Shown here one piece after another: positions 37,481 to 46,857 of a stretch of DNA of 64,000 bases. Location: the IMG/VR virus record IMGVR_UViG_3300005805_009577, positions 1 to 64,000 of that record, one strand, 5' to 3'. The position numbers and the translations under genes are program-made. Origin of the DNA: a virus. Under the pieces are notes generated by a model that saw only the letters and a program-made list of their open reading frames with translations, was not told the DNA's origin and did not search any database. The stretch's first letter is position 1. Each line of letters opens with the position of its first letter.

Positions 37481-37565
37481 GCCGAGGTGGCGAAATTGGC
37501 GAAACGCAAGGGACTTAAAATCCCTCACATTAGAAACGCTGTGGGTTCGAATCCCACCCTCGGCA
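37481..37565 (+). tRNA. tRNA-Leu(TAA)
   Basis: GCCGAGG/CCTCGGC, AGGGA-CTTAAAA-TCCCT, long variable arm, GTGGG-TTCGAAT-CCCAC, A73. Confidence 0.93.
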
Positions 37566-37568
37566 TTT

Positions 37569-37927
37569 ATGCCTTTTAAAGATGCAGAAAGAAAAAAAGC
37601 TTATAGCAAGGAATATTATAGGACCCACAAAAAAGAAACTAGGGAGTATTATTTAAAAAATAAAAATAGCTTCGAGAAGTTATTAATGAGTTTAAAAATA
37701 ATGGATCTTGTTTTCGTTGTGGCTGGAATGAACACCCGTGTGGACTAGATTTTCACCACATAAATCCAAAATTAAAAAAACTTTCAATTGCAAGATTAGT
37801 AAATTTTTCTTATGGAAAAGAAACCTTAATTAAAGAAGTTGAAAAATGCGTGTTGTTGTGTGCAAATTGTCATCGCATTTTTCACAAAGTAGGCTTTGAT
37901 ATATTCATACAAAAAACAAATGATTAA
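37569..37927 (+). pseudogene. Frameshifted HNH endonuclease
   Basis: MPFKDAERKKAYSKEYY in one frame; CFRCGW..HPCGLDFHH...CVLLCANCHR in the -1 frame; break near 37655-37670. Confidence 0.75.
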
Positions 37928-38684
37928 AATAATTAAACAGATTGTAAACAAGGATGACTTATACTTATTCAGTTTAAGTATGGGTGTAGATAGTGTAGCT
38001 GCCTTTATTTGGATGATAAACAAGGGCTACAATGTAATTCCCATTCATTTTAATCATAAATTAAGACCTCAAAATGATTTGATGGAAAAGAAATACAGAG
38101 AACTTTGTTCTGCTCTTGGTTGTGGCTGGCGATTCGCTAGTACGAGAAAAAATAAAGATCTCTTTGATCAAATTCAAGCTTATTTGCTGACACAACTAAG
38201 CGAAAATTTTAAAGCAAAAACAGAATCAGAATGCCGAGAAGAAAGACTAAACTTTTATCAAGAAGTTTGTAATAGAGCAAGAAGAATTTTTTACGGCAAT
38301 AAAACTCCAAAAATTATCACCGCACACCATTTGAATGATTATGTTGAAAGTTATTTGTTAAATTGTTTTAGAGGGCATCCAACTCACACGCCCATAGAAT
38401 TAGAAAGCACTTTCACACCAAGAGATTCAGAGAATACAGAGTTTAAGATTATTCATCCTTTTTTGTTAACTAAAAAATTTGATTTCAGGCAGTTTTTAGA
38501 AAGAAACAACTACATGAAGTATGTTGTTGAAGATGAAACAAATAAAACTATCAAAGGAAGTAGAAGAAATTGGATCAGAAATACTATACTTCCTGAAATG
38601 AAAAAAAACAAGCTATCTTTAGAGAAATTTGCAAAAAGAAAGATTGAGGACAACTTGAAATTGAATAGTTTTGTGTTAAACTAG
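37920..38684 (+). CDS. tilS: tRNA(Ile)-lysidine synthetase, short form
   Basis: PP-loop SMGVDS, HFNHKLR, TAHHLND, IHPFL, EDETN, RNWIRN. Confidence 0.85.
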   Translation: MIKIIKQIVNKDDLYLFSLSMGVDSVAAFIWMINKGYNVIPIHFNHKLRPQNDLMEKKYRELCSALGCGWRFASTRKNKDLFDQIQAYLLTQLSENFKAKTESECREERLNFYQEVCNRARRIFYGNKTPKIITAHHLNDYVESYLLNCFRGHPTHTPIELESTFTPRDSENTEFKIIHPFLLTKKFDFRQFLERNNYMKYVVEDETNKTIKGSRRNWIRNTILPEMKKNKLSLEKFAKRKIEDNLKLNSFVLN

Positions 38685-38698
38685 ACCACAACAAAATT

Positions 38699-38771
38699 GG
38701 GACGTTAGCTCAGGGGTTAGAGCGGAAGACTCATAATCTTTTGGTCGGGGGTTCGATTCCCTCACGTCCCA
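38699..38771 (+). tRNA. tRNA-Ile2(CAT), the TilS substrate type
   Basis: GGGACGT/ACGTCCC, GACTCATAATC anticodon arm and TTAGCTCAG.GGTTAGAGC D arm typical of ileX; no initiator features. Confidence 0.85.
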
Positions 38772-38810
38772 TTTAAAGGCTTAGTTGTCGAGATTTTGCT
38801 TTGCAAAGCC

Positions 38811-38838
38811 TTGACAAAAATGGACATTTTGGTAGAAT
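38811..38838 (+). promoter_or_regulatory. Sigma-70-type promoter with extended -10
   Basis: TTGACA, 16 bp spacer, TG-G-TAGAAT. Confidence 0.6.
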
Positions 38839-38862
38839 TCTCTTGTCTCCGGAGAAAAAATA

Positions 38863-39073
38863 TATGAAGAAGAAAAGAAAATACAGTGTGCTTTCTCTTT
38901 CAAACGGAATGATAACTATACGAAAACCTTGCGGTTACTGTAACAAGAGACATGCTACTAAATTTCCTGTTGACGATATGTTTGTTAAAAGACGTATGCA
39001 TAGCTTATGCGATGTGTGCCAAGCCCAGCTAGAAGAAGTTAAGAAAAAGTATCCCGATATACTTGGTAAATGA
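38863..39073 (+). CDS. Small CxxC zinc-binding protein
   Basis: GGAGA RBS; PCGYC...LCDVC. Confidence 0.55.
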
Positions 39074-39306
39074 AAAAGAAAAACTTTAAGCCTGGCCAAT
39101 TAGTTAGTATAAACTTACGCACAAAAAAACTAGAATCTGTAATACTATCTAAAGACTTTAAAAAAGAAGGATTTTATTTCTTAGATTGGACCGTGTGCGG
39201 TTATAATCAAATACTTAATACTGTCTCTATAACGTCTGAAGTTTTATCAAGAAGGATGGAAAAATTCAAAAATGATGATTGTTCTGAACAAGCAATTGAA
39301 TTGTGA
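39070..39306 (+). CDS. Hypothetical protein
   Basis: 78-aa coupled ORF. Confidence 0.55.
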   Translation: MKKKNFKPGQLVSINLRTKKLESVILSKDFKKEGFYFLDWTVCGYNQILNTVSITSEVLSRRMEKFKNDDCSEQAIEL

Positions 39307-39618
39307 TTATATTTGTAAGACTATTAATAATTATCTGACAAAAGAATTAAAGGATGCAAAAAATATATCTAATTATGCTTTAACTTTTACTTTAACTGAA
39401 ATAAAAGATTCTGAAATAATTCAAACAAAAAATATTAGTAAAAAATAAAATGCCCGAAGATTCATACAATTTTGATGTCTATAGAATAAAATTAGAAAAA
39501 GCCGAAAGTTTTTTTAGTTTGCAAATTAGTAATGTTATTTCTTGGGATAGCATTGATATTAAAATGACAAAAGAAGAACTAATTCTTCTTATTGATTATT
39601 TAAAAAACAATAGCTAAA

Positions 39619-40314
39619 ATGAATGTTTGTATTTTAACTATTGCTACAAATAAATATATTGCGTTTTTTGATAGACTTTATAAAGATATTAATAATAACT
39701 TTCTTAATGACCATAACATAAAACATCTTTTATTCACAGATAGCAACTTGGAATCAAATGATAACTTAAAAATTTGTAAAATTAATCATGAGCCTTGGCC
39801 TATGCCGACTTTAAAAAGATATGAATACTTTTTAAAAGAAAAAGAATTTATTTATAAATTTGATTATTGTTATTATTTCGACGTAGACATGGGAGTATTT
39901 GATAAAATAGGCGACGAAGTTTTAGGCGATATGGTCTTTGTTCAACACCCTTATCAGTCTTTTTATTCAAAAGAAAAAAGAAGTTATGATAGAAACTTGA
40001 AGTCTCTTGCATATGTTCGTGAAGGAGAAGAGGGCGAAAATTATTATGCTGGTGGATTTAATGGAGGTTTAACAAAAAAATTTATTAAAATGTCGGAAAA
40101 GCTCGCAGCTTGTATAACCACAGATTTTAGCAAAAATATAATTGCTGTTTGGCATGATGAATCACATATGAATCGTTATTTAATTGACAATTCTCCGACA
40201 CTTACTTTGAATCCTTCTTATTGCTTTCCCGAAGAGCAAATAGATAACCCAAGATATCCATATAAACCAAAAATTGTTGCTCTAAAAAAGAATCATAATG
40301 AACTTAGATTTTAA
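39619..40314 (+). CDS. Glycosyltransferase family 6 (ABO-like alpha-1,3-Gal/GalNAc transferase)
   Basis: IATNKY, LFTD, WPMPTLKRY, YFDVD, YYAGGFNGG, AVWHDESHMNRY. Confidence 0.9.
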   Translation: MNVCILTIATNKYIAFFDRLYKDINNNFLNDHNIKHLLFTDSNLESNDNLKICKINHEPWPMPTLKRYEYFLKEKEFIYKFDYCYYFDVDMGVFDKIGDEVLGDMVFVQHPYQSFYSKEKRSYDRNLKSLAYVREGEEGENYYAGGFNGGLTKKFIKMSEKLAACITTDFSKNIIAVWHDESHMNRYLIDNSPTLTLNPSYCFPEEQIDNPRYPYKPKIVALKKNHNELRF

Positions 40315-40352
40315 TAAATAAAAATTTAACTTTTAAAAAATAAAGTATCCGT

Positions 40353-40358
40353 AGTACG
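40353..40358 (+). promoter_or_regulatory. RGTACG motif, copy 8
   Basis: CCGT-AGTACG, 19 nt before ATG 40378. Confidence 0.5.
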
Positions 40359-40377
40359 CTCTATCATAGAGGGCATT

Positions 40378-40818
40378 ATGCTTTTTAATCAAATAAGTCA
40401 TTTTCAGAAATTGGCTAGAAAGAATTTTGAAGATTTTGGTGAACTAGCACCAGTTATGTTTGGAGTATATAAAGATCCAGAAACTGGAGAATATATTCAA
40501 AAAATTATAGGATTGGTTTTTGGGCCAGAAGATAAAGATGCCTTTACTAATTTTTTGTGTAATGAAATTAGAAACAACAACTTAAAAGAATATTTACTTG
40601 TTTTAGAATCATGGATTACCGAATTTAATATAGAAGGAATTCCAAAAAAATCTGAATGCGTAATGATGGTTTATAGTAGTGCCAAGCAAGAAAAAGTTTG
40701 TATGAGCAGCATCTCACGTTCACCTGATAGATTGGGTGAATGGAAAGATTATAATGCTAAAAATATGCAAGGTAGATTTTTAGGTTTATATAAAAAGGCA
40801 GTTGCCGAATGGAATTAA
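40378..40818 (+). CDS. Hypothetical protein
   Basis: 146-aa ORF. Confidence 0.7.
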   Translation: MLFNQISHFQKLARKNFEDFGELAPVMFGVYKDPETGEYIQKIIGLVFGPEDKDAFTNFLCNEIRNNNLKEYLLVLESWITEFNIEGIPKKSECVMMVYSSAKQEKVCMSSISRSPDRLGEWKDYNAKNMQGRFLGLYKKAVAEWN

Positions 40819-41024
40819 AATGGGGCGAGATTAATCGCTGGGCAAAAAATCTAGGATATAAAATAACAAAAAGTGAAAAAGGTTTTTGTTGGATTAAGTT
40901 ATCGGATCAGAATAAAAACAACCAATCAAATAGTTTATCTTTAGTAGTTAAGCAAATTTATAATGATTATACTGATAACAAATGGTTAGATCACCAAAAT
41001 AGTTATCAGGGTTTAAATAAGTAG
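40809..41024 (+). CDS. Small hypothetical protein; resembles 35809..35982
   Basis: WGEINRWAKNLGYKITKSEKGFCWIK. Confidence 0.6.
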   Translation: MELKWGEINRWAKNLGYKITKSEKGFCWIKLSDQNKNNQSNSLSLVVKQIYNDYTDNKWLDHQNSYQGLNK

Positions 41025-41049
41025 TTTATTTTTATAAAGGAGGTTTGAT

Positions 41050-41940
41050 ATGAATAATGGTATTTTTAATCCGATTGTAAATGACACTTACTTCATTGAA
41101 GAAGACATTAGTGCTCTTTTTGGGAGAATAGAAAAAAACCGTCATAATAAAACACAAAAAATTCTTCTTCAAGGGCCGCACGGTGCAGGCAAAACAGAAA
41201 TGGCCATGCAATATGCTGCTTTAAACAATCTTCCCATGTTGATTATGGATTGTGCTAATTTGCGTGAGCCTAGAGATTGGTTTGGATACAAAAAGATTGA
41301 AAATGGAAATATAGTTTGGCAAGAAAGCCAGTTTGATAGAGCTATTCAAGCAGGCAATACAGTAATTCTTCTTGATGAAATTAATCGTGTTCATCCTAGT
41401 GTTTTAAATACTTTGCTTCCCCTTCTCGATAACAGAGAGTTCACTTATCTCGAAGAAAAAGGCAATAATATTAGACTCGGCAAAGGAATGGTTTTCTTTG
41501 CCACGATGAATGAGGGTGCCGGTTATAGTGGCACAAGTGCTACTGATTACGCTTTAAGAGATAGATTCAGCAGAGTTGTGGAAGTTAAATATCTACTTCC
41601 CACTAAAGAAAGAGAGCTTCTTGTTAAAAGAACTGGTATTGAAGAAGATGATGCTGCTTCGCTCATAGATATTGCCAATCAAATTAGAAAGAAAAGCGTC
41701 GGTTTAAACAGCAGTTATTCAGGCGGCTTTTCTACTCGACAATTAATTGCTGCTGCAGAGGATTTTGTTGATGGCGGAGTTGATAGTTTAACGTTCACTA
41801 TATCTAATTTGTTTAGTTCGGAGGGCGGAACCACTAGTGAGCGTGCAAGTGTTCTTCAATTAATTCAAGGCAAGTTTGGAATGTCTTCAAAAGCTAAGGA
41901 GACTAAAACTGGCAAGTCTAGGCTTATGGGGACCAAATAA
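41050..41940 (+). CDS. CbbQ/NorQ/CobS-like AAA+ ATPase (pair 2)
   Basis: GGAGG RBS; GPHGAGKT, LLDEINR, FATMNEG.GYSGT...DYALRDRF, STRQL. Confidence 0.9.
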   Translation: MNNGIFNPIVNDTYFIEEDISALFGRIEKNRHNKTQKILLQGPHGAGKTEMAMQYAALNNLPMLIMDCANLREPRDWFGYKKIENGNIVWQESQFDRAIQAGNTVILLDEINRVHPSVLNTLLPLLDNREFTYLEEKGNNIRLGKGMVFFATMNEGAGYSGTSATDYALRDRFSRVVEVKYLLPTKERELLVKRTGIEEDDAASLIDIANQIRKKSVGLNSSYSGGFSTRQLIAAAEDFVDGGVDSLTFTISNLFSSEGGTTSERASVLQLIQGKFGMSSKAKETKTGKSRLMGTK

Positions 41941-41942
41941 TA

Positions 41943-43889
41943 ATGTGTGCTAGTTGGTGGCTCGATAAATACGACGTTAATAAAAGTTCATACAAGGCAT
42001 ACAAGTCCTCCAGTGGCGGATCTTGGTGGCGATCTTCTTATAAAAGTGCCACCAAAGGATGGATGGACAAGTTGGGAGGATTTGGATGGTTTGATCTTGA
42101 ATACTCTAATAGAGAAGATAAAAAGAGAAGACTTTATAAAAGAGTGCTAAATCAAATTCAAACTAGTATAAATGTTATTAGTGGGGACAAAGAATTAAAA
42201 GTAAGATGGAGTGATGGAGAAAGCCAAAATTCTCCTGATAGCAATATTGTACATGTCTCTCCAGACAACTTGATAGATGATAGTGAAGTTATAGTTGAAG
42301 ATACTTTGGATGTACTGACCGGGAAAGTATATCTTTCTAGCATATTAAACAAGCAAATTGTTAAAGAGGATTATGCTCTAGCTAATTTGTATAGATCAAA
42401 AGAAAATAGAGACTCTTCTTATGCTCCAACAATTAAACTTTGGGAAGCATTAGAAACTAATATAGCAAAAAAGTTTATAGAAGATAATTGGTGTGGTTTT
42501 ATGCCACATATTATCAAGCATGGAGAATCAATTTGTTCTAAAAAAGAAGCTGTACAGTCTTTTATTGATTCGACTTTATCTACTCCAAATCTGCAAGCTG
42601 TAATTTCTGGAATAGCTTGGAATCTAGTTAATTCTGATGATATGATCGTCATTCCAGATATTTATGAAAAGTGTGTAGATGCTGCTGTAGAAATTTTGGA
42701 AAATCCAGAGTCAGAAAATAAAAAGCTTAGTAGTTGTCGTGAAATAGTTAAAAAAGTCAAAGAAATATTGCAAGAACAACACCAAGAAAACGAAAAACAG
42801 CAAACTGACAACGACAACGACAATCACAATAACGACAACGACAATCACAATAACGACAACGACAATCACAATAACGACAACGACAAATTAAATAAAAGCA
42901 ATTTATCAAAAAGTTTTAAAAGTTTAAAAATAACAGATAGCGAACTTTTTGGATTAAAAGTAAAAAATTCTACTGATGAAAGCTTGGCTCAAATAAAAAA
43001 CGATAAGGATGAAACAGGAAAAGACAGTGTTACCGAAATAAATAGTGTTGATTTGTCTGCAAAATTCAGCAAATTCGTTATACCAGAATATGATTACGCT
43101 TATGATGAAAGCTATAAGAATATAGTTATTGATCTTAATAATTGTATAAATGCGGTAAAAAATAATTTTTATTTTATTAACAATAAAATGTTCTTAAACT
43201 CATTTGGGCATATTTCTGGCGATGTTGATGAAAATAATCTGCACAAGATATTTTTAAACGATGACCGTTTGATGCAAAGAAAAGATATAGTTTCGCAAAA
43301 GAAAATAGCTGTTTGTCTTTTAATAGATGAAAGTGGTTCAATGGAAGACAAATATATCGATGCAAGAAATACCGCTATCATTCTGGCAGAAGGATTAAAA
43401 AATTATTTTGATATATCGATATACGGACATACAGCCGAACAACAAACTAATTATGAGTTTATAAATGGCTGCTTGATTACCGAATATTACACTCCTAGAA
43501 ACAGACACATTCAAACTTGTGTAGAAATATCTTCAAAATCTGAAAACGTAGATGGATTAGCCATAGAACTTGTTGCCAAAAAGTTTGTTGAAGATTACCC
43601 TTATTCTAGAAGAATAATTTTTGTTATTTCTGACGGAGAGCCCGCGTCTACTTATTATGGTGGTGGAGAAGCAGAAGAGCATGTAAATAATGTTTGTGAG
43701 ATGGTAAGAAAGAGAATGGATACAGAAGTTTATGGAATTGGTGTTTGCGATGCATATTCCGACGAAACTGGAGAGTCCCTCTACAGAGAAGGAAATTATG
43801 TAATATTGGAAGATGTGATGTCTTCTGTTGGAATTATTACTAGATTTTTAAAGCAAATCTGTAATAAAAATAAAAGAGTATTGTCGTGA
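41943..43889 (+). CDS. CobT/NorD-like VWA-domain protein
   Basis: SGDVDENNL, LLIDESGSM, ENVDG, FVISDGEP. Confidence 0.85.
   Translation: MCASWWLDKYDVNKSSYKAYKSSSGGSWWRSSYKSATKGWMDKLGGFGWFDLEYSNREDKKRRLYKRVLNQIQTSINVISGDKELKVRWSDGESQNSPDSNIVHVSPDNLIDDSEVIVEDTLDVLTGKVYLSSILNKQIVKEDYALANLYRSKENRDSSYAPTIKLWEALETNIAKKFIEDNWCGFMPHIIKHGESICSKKEAVQSFIDSTLSTPNLQAVISGIAWNLVNSDDMIVIPDIYEKCVDAAVEILENPESENKKLSSCREIVKKVKEILQEQHQENEKQQTDNDNDNHNNDNDNHNNDNDNHNNDNDKLNKSNLSKSFKSLKITDSELFGLKVKNSTDESLAQIKNDKDETGKDSVTEINSVDLSAKFSKFVIPEYDYAYDESYKNIVIDLNNCINAVKNNFYFINNKMFLNSFGHISGDVDENNLHKIFLNDDRLMQRKDIVSQKKIAVCLLIDESGSMEDKYIDARNTAIILAEGLKNYFDISIYGHTAEQQTNYEFINGCLITEYYTPRNRHIQTCVEISSKSENVDGLAIELVAKKFVEDYPYSRRIIFVISDGEPASTYYGGGEAEEHVNNVCEMVRKRMDTEVYGIGVCDAYSDETGESLYREGNYVILEDVMSSVGIITRFLKQICNKNKRVLS
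42810..42886 (+). repeat. 21-bp in-frame tandem repeat, about 3.7 copies (NDNDNHN)
   Basis: AACGACAACGACAATCACAAT at 42810, 42831 and 42852, partial copy at 42873. Confidence 0.95.
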
Positions 43890-44392
43890 TTAATTGTCCA
43901 GCCACAAAAATGTCTAAGTCATACACTATTCCTGTCCTTCCAAAAAAAGTTATTTGTGTGAATGGCACAAAAACAAGAGTTTATGAAAGATCTATAGACT
44001 TTAATTGTCAAACGGGGGGTGATGGTTATTGGAGTGATTTGTGCATCGAAGTTAATCATCGAAAGATTGCTTTATTTACGCTAGACTCTTTTATTTTTGA
44101 ATTAAGAGTGTATTTTGATAACATTCAATGGAATGTAGATGAAGTAGGTTTAATTTACACTGACTCTCATTGGATAAAAGATTTTAAGCTTAATTTATCT
44201 AAATTAGGGTTTGACAAAAATGCCACAGACTGCCTAGAATACAGCGAACAAGGCATGCAGGGAAATGATTATGTTTCTTTGGATGTCGGAAGGCCAGCTT
44301 TAGGGTTTATAAAACAATATTTTGATTTGCTTTATAAAGATAAGAAAAAAAAACTAGATAGCTTTTCTAATTTAGAAATTTTAGGGTTTTAA
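43886..44392 (+). CDS. Hypothetical phage protein
   Basis: GDGYWS...GLIYTD..W..YSEQGMQG.DYVSLD. Confidence 0.7.
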   Translation: MINCPATKMSKSYTIPVLPKKVICVNGTKTRVYERSIDFNCQTGGDGYWSDLCIEVNHRKIALFTLDSFIFELRVYFDNIQWNVDEVGLIYTDSHWIKDFKLNLSKLGFDKNATDCLEYSEQGMQGNDYVSLDVGRPALGFIKQYFDLLYKDKKKKLDSFSNLEILGF

Positions 44393-44394
44393 TT

Positions 44395-44823
44395 ATGAAA
44401 GTAGTCATAAATGACGGTGGTAGAAAAGAAGCTGGTTATGGTGGCAAAAATTCTAGAGATTGTGTTTGTCGTGCAATTGCTATAGCAACAAAACAAGATT
44501 ATCAAATTGTTTATGACTCATTAAACACACTGGCAGAAAGAGAAAGGCCTAGGGGGAATAAATCTAGAAGCCATGCCAACAAAGGTATTAGTCGGCCAAC
44601 TATTAAAAGATATATGAGTTCCATAGGATGGACTTGGACCCCTACTATGGGTGTAGGCACAGGATGTAAAGTCCATTTAAGAAAAGATGAATTGCCGGCT
44701 GGTCGCCTTGTAGTTAGTGTTAGCAAGCATTTGGTTGCTGTAATAGATGGTGTTATTCATGACAACCACGACCCTAGCAGGGGTGGAACTCGTTGTGTTT
44801 ACGGCTATTGGACTAAGGAATAA
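44395..44823 (+). CDS. Phage protein with a Cys-His-Asp (papain-like) pattern
   Basis: DCVCRAIAIA...HLVAVIDGVIHD. Confidence 0.65.
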   Translation: MKVVINDGGRKEAGYGGKNSRDCVCRAIAIATKQDYQIVYDSLNTLAERERPRGNKSRSHANKGISRPTIKRYMSSIGWTWTPTMGVGTGCKVHLRKDELPAGRLVVSVSKHLVAVIDGVIHDNHDPSRGGTRCVYGYWTKE

Positions 44824-44826
44824 ATA

Positions 44827-45051
44827 ATGACAACAATATTTTGTTATAAAAAGATAACAACAAAAGAGCTTGAAAAAATTTTTAAGAATACAGTGAAAGA
44901 TATTTCTGCTTGGTTTGTTGAAAACCCAAAAAGAAGAGTGTGCAGAGCATCTTGGGTTTATGGTGAACATTTTAAAGTAAGAAAAAATTATGTAAAAGAA
45001 GATGTTGAAAAAATGTATCAAAAAACTATATTAGATACATTCAAATCTTGA
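44827..45051 (+). CDS. Hypothetical protein
   Basis: AAGGA RBS; 74 aa. Confidence 0.6.
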   Translation: MTTIFCYKKITTKELEKIFKNTVKDISAWFVENPKRRVCRASWVYGEHFKVRKNYVKEDVEKMYQKTILDTFKS

Positions 45052-45839
45052 GGTATATTATGTTAAAAAATAGATGGAATTATTGGAGCTGCGGCAAATT
45101 CGCAGAATGGATTAGGGGCGAAAAGAAACCTTTGGCTCTTACTATGGAAGAGTGGGAGGCTTGGAGAAAGGAATTAAAGAAAAAATCTCCCTATAGGTAT
45201 TATTTTTCAGAAGTTCTTCTAAATAAAATTCAAAATATCGTTTGCTGGCCGAGTGATGTTGTTAATTCTATTAGAGCTTATATTGAAAATAGATACATAA
45301 CTAAAACTCATTATTTAAAAACCGGATTGGAGCCTGGGCAATATCACGAACTTGATGATCGAATTCTTTTTGGTCTTTTTAATGAATTGGTTGACTTTAT
45401 AGAAGTAGAACAGGCTTGGCTGTATTCATTGGGAAACAAAGAGAAAAAGTATATATTTAAAAAAGGTAGGTGTATAGAAGCAGGAGTAGACTATTTAAAT
45501 TGGGCCTCCGAACTTAAATACGAAGAAGATTGTGGTATTTATAAAGATGATCCTAATTATGGAGAGCCTACAAGACAAGCTTTGGCTGCTAAAAAAATTC
45601 TAGAATTATATAATTGGTGGAAAAATAGACCCAAAAGACCGGATCCAATGGACTTAAGTGGATGGTCAAAATATTGCGAAGACAATAAAAGTGAAGACGG
45701 AATATATCCATCATTTAAAAAAGATGAAAAAAAGTCTGAAATATTTGAAAAACTAGAAGAAATAGAAGAGCAATATGAAAAAGAAGATGAAGCTATGCTT
45801 ATAGATTTGATTAAAATAAGAAAAAGTTTGTGGACTTAA
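45048..45839 (+). CDS. Hypothetical phage protein
   Basis: RILFGLFNELVDFIE...LELYNWWKNRP. Confidence 0.75.
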   Translation: MRYIMLKNRWNYWSCGKFAEWIRGEKKPLALTMEEWEAWRKELKKKSPYRYYFSEVLLNKIQNIVCWPSDVVNSIRAYIENRYITKTHYLKTGLEPGQYHELDDRILFGLFNELVDFIEVEQAWLYSLGNKEKKYIFKKGRCIEAGVDYLNWASELKYEEDCGIYKDDPNYGEPTRQALAAKKILELYNWWKNRPKRPDPMDLSGWSKYCEDNKSEDGIYPSFKKDEKKSEIFEKLEEIEEQYEKEDEAMLIDLIKIRKSLWT

Positions 45840-45850
45840 TTTTATAAAGC

Positions 45851-46594
45851 TTGAAAATGAAAATTGGAAAAGTTATACAAACTAATCGTAAAAAATTTAA
45901 TATAACTCAAAAAGAGTTGGCAAAGACCCTTAATGTGAGCCACATTACAGTCTGTAGATGGGAAACAAATAAGATCACCCCCACAGACAGTAATTGGGTT
46001 ATTTTGCAAAATTTATTTGGCCTGAGAAAAGATAATTTAGTAGTTCCGGTTAAAGGAAACGTTAAAGTTATTAAACCTTTAACAAAAACTGACAAACCTA
46101 AAAAATTCCGTACTTATAAAGGTTTGGCTACCAAAATGCAAAATCAATATAAATTAAGAAGACAAGAAATAGCTGAATTAAAATCTGCAGGAATATCTGC
46201 GGTAGAGATAGCAAAAAGATTCAATATATCCAGGCAGGCTGTTTATCAATTATTAAAAAAGGCAGATAAAGAAGGTGTACCTGTAACGTATAATAAGCAC
46301 GTTAAAAGAGTCAATATTTGTCATATTTGTAATAAAAAGTTTAATGGTTCTTCTAAAGACGTAAAAACTTGTAGCAGTGATTGTAGAGCTATACTTAGAA
46401 GTCGTTTTTTTGCTCAAAAAGAAAGTAAGTGGAGCAGACATTTTTTCTTAGAATTAACTTGTGATAATTGTTCTAAAAAATTTACAAGAACAAAATATTT
46501 AGATTCTATTGCAAAAAACGCTGTTAAACATAAAAAACATAAAAATAATTATTGTAGTAGAGATTGTTATCATAATAGAAACACTCGTAGTTAA
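45851..46594 (+). CDS. XRE-type HTH plus a second HTH and Zn-ribbon motifs
   Basis: ITQKELAKTLNVSHITVCRWE; EIAKRFNISRQAVYQ; CHIC..CSSDC, CDNC..YCSRDC. Confidence 0.75.
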   Translation: MKMKIGKVIQTNRKKFNITQKELAKTLNVSHITVCRWETNKITPTDSNWVILQNLFGLRKDNLVVPVKGNVKVIKPLTKTDKPKKFRTYKGLATKMQNQYKLRRQEIAELKSAGISAVEIAKRFNISRQAVYQLLKKADKEGVPVTYNKHVKRVNICHICNKKFNGSSKDVKTCSSDCRAILRSRFFAQKESKWSRHFFLELTCDNCSKKFTRTKYLDSIAKNAVKHKKHKNNYCSRDCYHNRNTRS

Positions 46595-46783
46595 GGCATA
46601 ACAAGATGGATATCACATTTTTTCAATATTCTTGTGCTATTTTGAGTTGCACCTTGATGGGTTTTGTGGTTGGGCTATCTTTTGCGGCTTTATTATTTAA
46701 TAAATAATTTAACACAATTTTTTTTAAATATTCTTAAAATCTATTTTAAATGTATTTGAACAAACAAATCAAATGATTCTTCT

Positions 46784-46789
46784 GGTACG
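46784..46789 (+). promoter_or_regulatory. RGTACG motif, copy 9
   Basis: ATTCTTCT-GGTACG upstream of 46858. Confidence 0.55.
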
Positions 46790-46857
46790 TATAAAGGGTG
46801 TTGCGACGATGGCACGTTGCTGTCGGTAACATGGTTGATGAAAAAAGGAGAATGATT

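Noticed and set aside
37645-37670. Programmed -1 frameshift at T TTA AAA rescuing the HNH
   Set aside because: A -1 shift at that heptamer runs into TAA two codons later, so pseudogene or assembly indel is more likely
38699-38771. tRNA-Met call for the CAT anticodon
   Set aside because: It lacks initiator features, resembles ileX-type tRNAs and abuts tilS
42810-42886. Possible CRISPR array
   Set aside because: Repeats are contiguous with no spacers and are in frame within a CDS; no cas genes or repeat-spacer arrays seen anywhere in the window
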